This document shows positions 58,035-64,000 of a DNA stretch of 64,000 nt, one piece after another. The DNA is from a virus: IMG/VR virus record IMGVR_UViG_3300044634_004833, positions 1-64,000 of that record; one strand, written 5' to 3'. Below the pieces are notes generated by a model. It was not told where the DNA came from. It saw nothing but the letters and a program-made list of their open reading frames with translations, and did not search any database. The first letter of the stretch is position 1, and every line of letters starts with the position of its first letter. Both the position numbers and the translations under genes were made by a program.

Positions 58035-59251
58035 TTAGATCAACACAATTAACTTTGAAATTTGCCAATCAAGCAAAGCTTGACAAAGTTAATTATTTTC
58101 TTGATGAATACAAAAAAGTTACTCAATACTTTGTTGATTATCTTTGGGACAATTTTACCATCGGACAAAAGATTCCCAGCCTATTACCAAAAAATATTAC
58201 TGAACAAGCTAATACATGGTTAAGTGCTAGAGCAATCCAAGCAAGTGCTAAACAAGCTTCAGGAATCGTTAGAGGTTGTAGGAAGAAACATGAAAAAAGA
58301 CTTTATATCTTTAATTTGCTAACCAAAGAAGGCAAACATAGAAAAGCCAGAAAACTAGCTAATACTATAAAGAAAAAACCAATATCCAAACCAATATTAA
58401 ACACAATTGAAGCAGAACTTGATGAACGATTTGTTAAATTTGATAACAGTAAAGAAACTACATTTGATACTTGGATTAATATTACATCAATAGGAAATAA
58501 TTGTAAAATCATTTTACCAATTAAAAATCATAAACATTTTAAAGAATTAGAAAATGAGGGAATTCAATTAAAAGGGATTAGAATAAGCAAGAAATCTGTT
58601 AATATAAGTTTTGAAATTCCCGATCAATCAAAAATTGTTGGCAAGACAATTGGGATTGATATTGGAATGAATACTGCTTTTGCCTCAAGTGATAATCATT
58701 ATTCAGAACAATCGTTGAATGGTCATACAATTGAATCAGTCTGCAAGATAATTTCAAGAAAGAAAAAAGGAAGCAAAGGATTCAAAAGAGCTTACAGACA
58801 TAGAAAGAACTTAATTGGTTTTTATAAGAATCAACTTGATTGGAAAAACATCCAAACCATCAAGATTGAAAATATTAAAAACCTTCGATATAAAAAAAGA
58901 ACTTCAAGATATCTAAGTTCTTTTGTTTATCATGAATTCTTTGAACAGTTGAGACAAACTGCTGAAAGACTTGGTGTCCAAGTCCAAACTGTTTGTCCAA
59001 CTTACACAAGTCAAAGATGTTCATGTTGTGGTTGGACTCGCAAGAGAAATCGTAGCGGCAAAAGGTTTAAGTGCAGCAAATGTGGTTATACCATTGATGC
59101 CGACCTTAACGGTGCTGTTAATATTTCTCTTGACCTTGAACCGATAGGTAAAAAGGAACGAGAGAAACGATTAAACTTGACTGGTTTTTATTGGTCAAGT
59201 AAAGTTGATTCTGGACAGGAGCTTATAGTCCCTGTTGTCCAAAAACCTTAA
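58031..59251 (+). CDS. tnpB: TnpB/Cas12f-like RNA-guided nuclease (IS607-associated type)
   Basis: IGIDIG, IKIEN, YTSQRCSCC..CSKC, DADLNGAVNI. Confidence 0.88.
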   Translation: MIRSTQLTLKFANQAKLDKVNYFLDEYKKVTQYFVDYLWDNFTIGQKIPSLLPKNITEQANTWLSARAIQASAKQASGIVRGCRKKHEKRLYIFNLLTKEGKHRKARKLANTIKKKPISKPILNTIEAELDERFVKFDNSKETTFDTWINITSIGNNCKIILPIKNHKHFKELENEGIQLKGIRISKKSVNISFEIPDQSKIVGKTIGIDIGMNTAFASSDNHYSEQSLNGHTIESVCKIISRKKKGSKGFKRAYRHRKNLIGFYKNQLDWKNIQTIKIENIKNLRYKKRTSRYLSSFVYHEFFEQLRQTAERLGVQVQTVCPTYTSQRCSCCGWTRKRNRSGKRFKCSKCGYTIDADLNGAVNISLDLEPIGKKEREKRLNLTGFYWSSKVDSGQELIVPVVQKP

Positions 59252-59320
59252 TTTCATGTTTTTCATGATTTTGAGGAACTATAGTACTTGTAGGCACTCT
59301 TTTTACACCCGTGGTTCGCT

Positions 59321-59662
59321 ATGAAAAAATATGTAAATATTGCCGATAGACTCTTTATAAAAATTATAAATGAGTTTGGATTGATTTTTGAAAATGGAAT
59401 GTATAAACTTACTAATATTAATGATCCCAAATGTCATTTGTTAGAAATATGTTTGATTACTGATAAAGCTAAAATGACTGGCAATAAAATTAAGGATATT
59501 AAAAGCAATTTAAATGTTAGTGAAAAATGGATATTGGGATTTTTTCACGCTAGCAAAAGAGAGCAGCCAAAATTCTCAAACAAAGATTATTTAGATGGTT
59601 ATAAAGAGTGCATAGATACAGAAGAAAAAAATGTGCAAATGCAGTTATTGTGCAAAAAGTAA
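59321..59662 (+). CDS. hypothetical protein
   Basis: 113-aa ORF. Confidence 0.55.
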   Translation: MKKYVNIADRLFIKIINEFGLIFENGMYKLTNINDPKCHLLEICLITDKAKMTGNKIKDIKSNLNVSEKWILGFFHASKREQPKFSNKDYLDGYKECIDTEEKNVQMQLLCKK

Positions 59663-59690
59663 TTTGTTTAATTTTAACTATATAAATAGT

Positions 59691-59981
59691 ATGGAAAATG
59701 ACGTTAGTACATTAGAAAACCCTGTTCAAAGTGCTAGAGAAAGAATTTGGAAAATATTCCTATTCTTTTTGGGATTCCTTCGTTATGTTGGGTTTTTTGT
59801 TTTGGGAATAATTATTGGGATGGGCATAGTTCTTAAAGATCCTCCTGCCAGTAAAGAACAACAACTAAAAATTGTTCAGCTAGAAAAACAAAATGCCGAA
59901 TTAAAAGCCAAAATAGAAAATAAATTTAACGACAAATCAGCCCCAGATGTAAGCATTAAAAATGCTTTTGTAATAGACTAA
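59691..59981 (+). CDS. membrane protein with coiled coil
   Basis: TATATA box 6 nt before ATG 59691; hydrophobic segment. Confidence 0.6.
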   Translation: MENDVSTLENPVQSARERIWKIFLFFLGFLRYVGFFVLGIIIGMGIVLKDPPASKEQQLKIVQLEKQNAELKAKIENKFNDKSAPDVSIKNAFVID

Positions 59982-60439
59982 TCTGGCATTTTGAAGGTAT
60001 CAGGACAAGGGTCTCCCCACCTTTCTGCTTTTCTATCTACCAAATTTGGTGGCAAGCACTGCGGTTCTGATACCATGCATTTTTGTTTGTTTCTATTAGT
60101 AACTTTTATTAATTTTTCATCAGGGTCTGGCGGTAATGGTTTAAATGGCTTGACATCGCCTGGAGGCAATTTTGCTGTTGCTGCGACATATAGTTTTTTG
60201 CCATGTGGCTTTGTCCAAATTGGCACAGGCTTTAAATGATCAATTTTAAATGGTTCTTTTTCCCAGCACTTTTGTAAACGTTCGTCAGCAGATATGTAAT
60301 AAATAGCATCTGCACTACCGGGTAAAAGATATTCAGGAGGATACTGGCCTACACCTCCATATCCAAGAGGATATAAACCAGTTTTTCCACTAGTTTTTCC
60401 TTCATTAATAACTTGTAAATACTCATAGAATTTGATCAT
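59978..60439 (-). CDS. Pro-rich protein with CTS-like N-terminus (KFYEYLQVINE)
   Basis: TAAATA 4 nt upstream of ATG, no SD. Confidence 0.65.
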   Translation of the reverse strand: MIKFYEYLQVINEGKTSGKTGLYPLGYGGVGQYPPEYLLPGSADAIYYISADERLQKCWEKEPFKIDHLKPVPIWTKPHGKKLYVAATAKLPPGDVKPFKPLPPDPDEKLIKVTNRNKQKCMVSEPQCLPPNLVDRKAERWGDPCPDTFKMPD

Positions 60440-60505
60440 ATTTTATTTAGAATTGAATTGAATATATTTTCAAGTTAAAATTTAATAAGGAAAGAGGATT
60501 TTAAA

Positions 60506-60775
60506 ATGGGAAATGATCCAGAATTTTATAGGCGAATTTCTGATTTAGAACAAATTTCAACTACATTGAGTGCTGTTGCAAATATTCTGGCCGCATATTT
60601 TAAATCTTTAGTTGATGCAGGATTTTGTAAAAAGGATGCTTTGAAGCTTACTATATCTTATCAAGAAATACTATTAAAAAATGCATTAGAATCAATAAAA
60701 GATCAAGCAATAGAAGATGAAGACGAAGATGATGATTATACTGAAGGAGATGATGATGAATATTCTACAAATTGA
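60506..60775 (+). CDS. small protein with acidic tail
   Basis: GAGG SD; D/E-rich C-terminus. Confidence 0.65.
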   Translation: MGNDPEFYRRISDLEQISTTLSAVANILAAYFKSLVDAGFCKKDALKLTISYQEILLKNALESIKDQAIEDEDEDDDYTEGDDDEYSTN

Positions 60776-61037
60776 AAATGGAAAACATATTTGCGGAGAT
60801 ATAAATTGTGAGGAGTGTTGTCATGGTTATCCAGCCAAATGTCAATGTGGGGGCTTAATTCATGCAGAACATCTTGGATCTCATGCCGTTACCAGAGATA
60901 ATCCTTTTGGAATAAAGTGTTTGTGCGATAAATGCGGCGGCAGATTTATGCGTGTTTTTAGGAATAATAGAGGGGTAAGGAATCGTGCATTACATAACTC
61001 CAGACCTAATCAATCAAATCAACACCGAGGAAGGTGA
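60753..61037 (+). CDS. Cys-rich zinc-binding protein
   Basis: C..C..CC, C.CGG..H, CDKC. Confidence 0.55.
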   Translation: MMNILQIENGKHICGDINCEECCHGYPAKCQCGGLIHAEHLGSHAVTRDNPFGIKCLCDKCGGRFMRVFRNNRGVRNRALHNSRPNQSNQHRGR

Positions 61038-61464
61038 TGATCTTGAAAAGTTATGGAATGAGAAAATTGATTCGTTGATTAATAATTCCAATAGGATTAA
61101 AGATTATCTTCCTATAAACGCTAGAAAATTTATGGAAACTTATGATTTCATGAATTTTACGGCATTTTGTCGATCTTCAAGTTTTTATAGGGATGAATAT
61201 GCTTTTGTAATTGGAGATGCTTCTTCAGAAGAAATATACATGATTTCTTATCAAATACCAAAAGATGTCAATCCTTCTGTTGAAACATTTGAAGGAAGGG
61301 GTTTTGGCCAGTCAGAAATAGCAATTTGGCTTTACGACGAGTTTCATTATAAAAAAAGTTATTTTGAACATCATGTTATTTTTAGTGATGGCGCAAGTTA
61401 TATTATACCATTCACTAATTTTTCTTGTCGAAAAACATCTTGGTTTGCAGAATTTGGAGATTAA
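60985..61464 (+). CDS. hypothetical protein
   Basis: GTG start; WLYDE...FEH...FSDG motif. Confidence 0.6.
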   Translation: MHYITPDLINQINTEEGDDLEKLWNEKIDSLINNSNRIKDYLPINARKFMETYDFMNFTAFCRSSSFYRDEYAFVIGDASSEEIYMISYQIPKDVNPSVETFEGRGFGQSEIAIWLYDEFHYKKSYFEHHVIFSDGASYIIPFTNFSCRKTSWFAEFGD

Positions 61465-61488
61465 AGTTTGTTTACAAGATCAGTAGAT

Positions 61489-62121
61489 ATGTTAATGCTT
61501 CCCAAGCTTACCAAACCAGTATTGATTTTAAACAAGAACTGGACAGCAATAGGAACGGCTCCTGTTTATAAGGTGCTGAATTTACTTTTGTCTGGACCGC
61601 CAAAAGCTGAAGTTATTGATGAAAGTTGTGTTCCATATACATGGGAAGAATGGTCTAAAATTAAACCTCCGAAAGACTCTGAAGAAGCAATTCATACTGT
61701 AAATTACATTTTTAGAATACCTGAGATTATTAAGTTGAATAAGTATGACAGGTATCCAAGGCAATTAATTATATTTTCTAGGGCTAATATTTTTAGGCGA
61801 GATGATTACCGATGTCAGTATTGTGGAATTAAGCCAGGTAGCGAAGAGCTTACTATTGATCATATTTTGCCAAAATCAAAGGGCGGCAAAACAACATGGA
61901 CAAATTGTGTATTAAGTTGTGTTGAATGTAACTCTATTAAAGGAGACTATTTGTTAGATAAGGTCAAGAATAAAAAATTCCCTTCTGGAATGAAATTATT
62001 TAAAGACCCAAGGAAGCCCAAAATACGAGATTTTAAATTTCATATACATTATAAATCTTGGGAACAATGGCTTGATGCAGCGTACTGGAATATAGAATTG
62101 GAGAATGAAAATGCCCGTTGA
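61489..62121 (+). CDS. HNH endonuclease (McrA-like)
   Basis: VLILN, RD...CQYCG, LTIDH.LP.SKGG, W.NCV..C..CN..K. Confidence 0.9.
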   Translation: MLMLPKLTKPVLILNKNWTAIGTAPVYKVLNLLLSGPPKAEVIDESCVPYTWEEWSKIKPPKDSEEAIHTVNYIFRIPEIIKLNKYDRYPRQLIIFSRANIFRRDDYRCQYCGIKPGSEELTIDHILPKSKGGKTTWTNCVLSCVECNSIKGDYLLDKVKNKKFPSGMKLFKDPRKPKIRDFKFHIHYKSWEQWLDAAYWNIELENENAR

Positions 62122-62356
62122 AAATCATAGAGTTTTTGATAATTTTTATTTTGTAAATGATAGGGTTGTTATAAATATAAATCAAGTTACTCATGGCGAA
62201 GTAATTAACGACCCAATGAATCCTGCAAGGCATTACGCTTTATATTTTACAAAGCAATCAAGTGCTGATAGAATTTTTCTTAACAAAGAAGAATCTGTTA
62301 AATTTTTAGCATACGTTAGTAAAACAGAAGTTTTGGAAACTTTTTATCGTGAATGA
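62105..62356 (+). CDS. hypothetical protein
   Basis: 83-aa ORF. Confidence 0.55.
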   Translation: MKMPVENHRVFDNFYFVNDRVVININQVTHGEVINDPMNPARHYALYFTKQSSADRIFLNKEESVKFLAYVSKTEVLETFYRE

Positions 62357-63128
62357 ACTGCAACCGAATAATATAGCTGTTAAAAAAGTAATATATAAAA
62401 ATATAAGTCAGCCTCAGAAAATAAAGCTGAGTATAGTATTACCATTTTATAAAAAATTAGATATTTGTAGTAACTTAATTGATTCAATTTACAACAAATC
62501 TTTATATATTGATTTTGAAATAATTGCCGTAAGCGATGATACTGCTAATTTGGGAACCGAACAATTTTTTAGTAATATACCCAGAGCTAAGTATTTTTGC
62601 ACCCAAAAAAACAAGGGTTTTGGACATGCAGTTAATTTAGGTTTAGAAAAAGCTAACAATGAATTAGTTTGTATAATGCATAGTGATACAGTTGTGACAG
62701 AACAAAAAATGTTTGCAAACTTGGTTAATGATTTGTTATCTTTAAAAAATCAAGGTGTTGTGACAGTTAGTGCGACAACAAATAATTTTATGTCTAAAGA
62801 ATTTGTTTCTTACCAGCAAAATGAGTCGGCAGATTTAGATCCTGTGATTATACAGAGGCCATCTCCATTTATTTGTACTATGGGATATAAAACAATTTTA
62901 TTAAAGGCAGGCGGATTTCCAGAATACCCATTTTGTTGGTTTGAAGGCGATATGATGGGGGCAAGATTGGCTAAGCTAGGTTATAAGCAAGCTATATCCA
63001 AACGTGCTTTTGTAAAGCACTTAGGCGGCGCAACTGTATTGGATTTAATAAAAAATAATTCATCTGCAAAAACCACAATTGCTGAGAATTTTAAATTATA
63101 TAAAAGGGATTTGGAAATTTTGGTTTGA
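62349..63128 (+). CDS. GT2 glycosyltransferase
   Basis: LSIVLP, EII.V.D, N.GF..AVN.G, MHSD, GGF, H.GG.T. Confidence 0.85.
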   Translation: MNELQPNNIAVKKVIYKNISQPQKIKLSIVLPFYKKLDICSNLIDSIYNKSLYIDFEIIAVSDDTANLGTEQFFSNIPRAKYFCTQKNKGFGHAVNLGLEKANNELVCIMHSDTVVTEQKMFANLVNDLLSLKNQGVVTVSATTNNFMSKEFVSYQQNESADLDPVIIQRPSPFICTMGYKTILLKAGGFPEYPFCWFEGDMMGARLAKLGYKQAISKRAFVKHLGGATVLDLIKNNSSAKTTIAENFKLYKRDLEILV

Positions 63129-63208
63129 GAAGTTGTATTTGCTTTTGGTTTCCCTATAATTTCATCCGGTGTCACATTTCGTTTATTTGGGATTGAGAGG
63201 GTTTGGAC

Positions 63209-64000
63209 ATGGATGCCAATATAAAGAATGGAATTAAAAAGAACTTGGTGGCCGACAATCTTTACTCTGTTTCGTTTGAGGATATCAAAAAAGATAGTTT
63301 TGAACTCAAAGAAAAAGGGTTCGATTTTTCTAATCCTAGGATTATTTGCGAAACTTTTAATTCATCGCCAGTAGGCATGAACCAAGATGAAATGGAATAT
63401 CTTAAAGAATCCATTCAAAGAAAGGGTTTGTTGACCCCTCTTATTGCTAGGGCTAATGGCGAACAGATAACTCTTATTAATGGCCATCGTCGATACTTGG
63501 CTATTGAAGAACTGATTAAAGAGAATGCTGAATGTTTTGACATGAATACTGGCAAACTTATTCCTGCTAAAGAACTATACGAAAACGTTCTTGTTCGCAT
63601 TTTCGAAAATGCGACAGATATTGACTCTTATCATTTGGCTTTTGAAGAAGACAAAACCAAAATTAAGTTTGGTCATGGTGTTGAATACAAGTTTGTTGAT
63701 TACTGTATTGAAAAGAAAGTAGAAGATTCTAAAATTTTATTAATGACTGGAAATACTCAAGCATGGCTTGATGGTGTAAAAAGTCTTTTGAAAAAACTCG
63801 ATGGCTCTCATCCAATAGACTACGAGGTTAGAGATTGTGTTTTTAACGAAAAGATGAGCATTGCAGCAGCTAGGGTTTTGTCGGATATAGAAAATGCCGA
63901 AGATAAATCTAAAGCATTTAAAGAAGCACAGCAGGCAGCTCAAGCCGAAGCAAATGCCAAGATTGAAAAATTAGGCAAGCAATTAAAAAACATTCGCAAG
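63209..64000 (+). CDS. ParB/Srx N-domain protein (runs off the window end); not in the ORF track
   Basis: hand translation MDANIKNG...NPR...LKESIQRKGLLTPL...NGHRRYLA; GAGAGG SD. Confidence 0.8.
   Translation, partial: MDANIKNGIKKNLVADNLYSVSFEDIKKDSFELKEKGFDFSNPRIICETFNSSPVGMNQDEMEYLKESIQRKGLLTPLIARANGEQITLINGHRRYLAIEELIKENAECFDMNTGKLIPAKELYENVLVRIFENATDIDSYHLAFEEDKTKIKFGHGVEYKFVDYCIEKKVEDSKILLMTGNTQAWLDGVKSLLKKLDGSHPIDYEVRDCVFNEKMSIAAARVLSDIENAEDKSKAFKEAQQAAQAEANAKIEKLGKQLKNIRK

Larger units (their letters stand above)
57730..59284 (+). mobile_element. non-autonomous IS607-like element; ends approximate
   Basis: HTH + tnpB; repeated T(G)GAA words upstream; structured 3' region. Confidence 0.55.

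Noticed and set aside
1-64000. Stop-codon reassignment as in some huge phages
   Set aside because: Conserved genes are full length in code 11 and end in TAA, TAG and TGA.
1-64000. tRNA or rRNA genes
   Set aside because: No cloverleaf with a T-loop GTTCRA consensus was found in the intergenic gaps inspected by eye; tRNAscan would be needed to exclude them fully.

Overview
This is an AT-rich, densely coded 64-kb segment that reads as part of a very large (jumbo/huge) tailed-phage genome rather than a bacterial chromosome. It carries phage-type nucleotide and replication genes (ThyX, dUTPase, dNMP kinase, Hel308-like helicase, TnsA/gp4-like nuclease, PhoH, ParB-like), a BppU-like baseplate protein, and two giant beta-propeller proteins with Thr/Ser linkers. 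Host-like genes (bS21, IF3, peptide deformylase, GroES, DnaJ, HldE, PrkA-YeaH-SpoVR) sit outside their usual chromosomal operons. Two TnpB elements are present. No tRNA, rRNA or CRISPR array was recognised. Main points of interest: (1) about ten proteins share an N-terminal motif resembling the T4 capsid-targeting sequence. Most sit behind a TAnATA late-promoter-like box, and one is an ArdC-like ssDNA-binding/zincin protein, which suggests a set of virion-packaged, injected cargo. (2) DnaE is split into two genes without an intein. The break falls between the GRGS motif and the catalytic PDxDxD motif, and the second half carries a degenerate duplicate of the junction segment. (3) A translation-initiation toolkit (bS21, AUG-started IF3, PDF) co-occurs with intergenic hairpin or sRNA-like elements carrying SD/anti-SD sequences and with near-leaderless late genes. 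(4) HldE, GT9-like and GT2 enzymes plus mucin-like fibre linkers suggest virion glycosylation. All annotations come from motif recognition by eye; no database searches were run.
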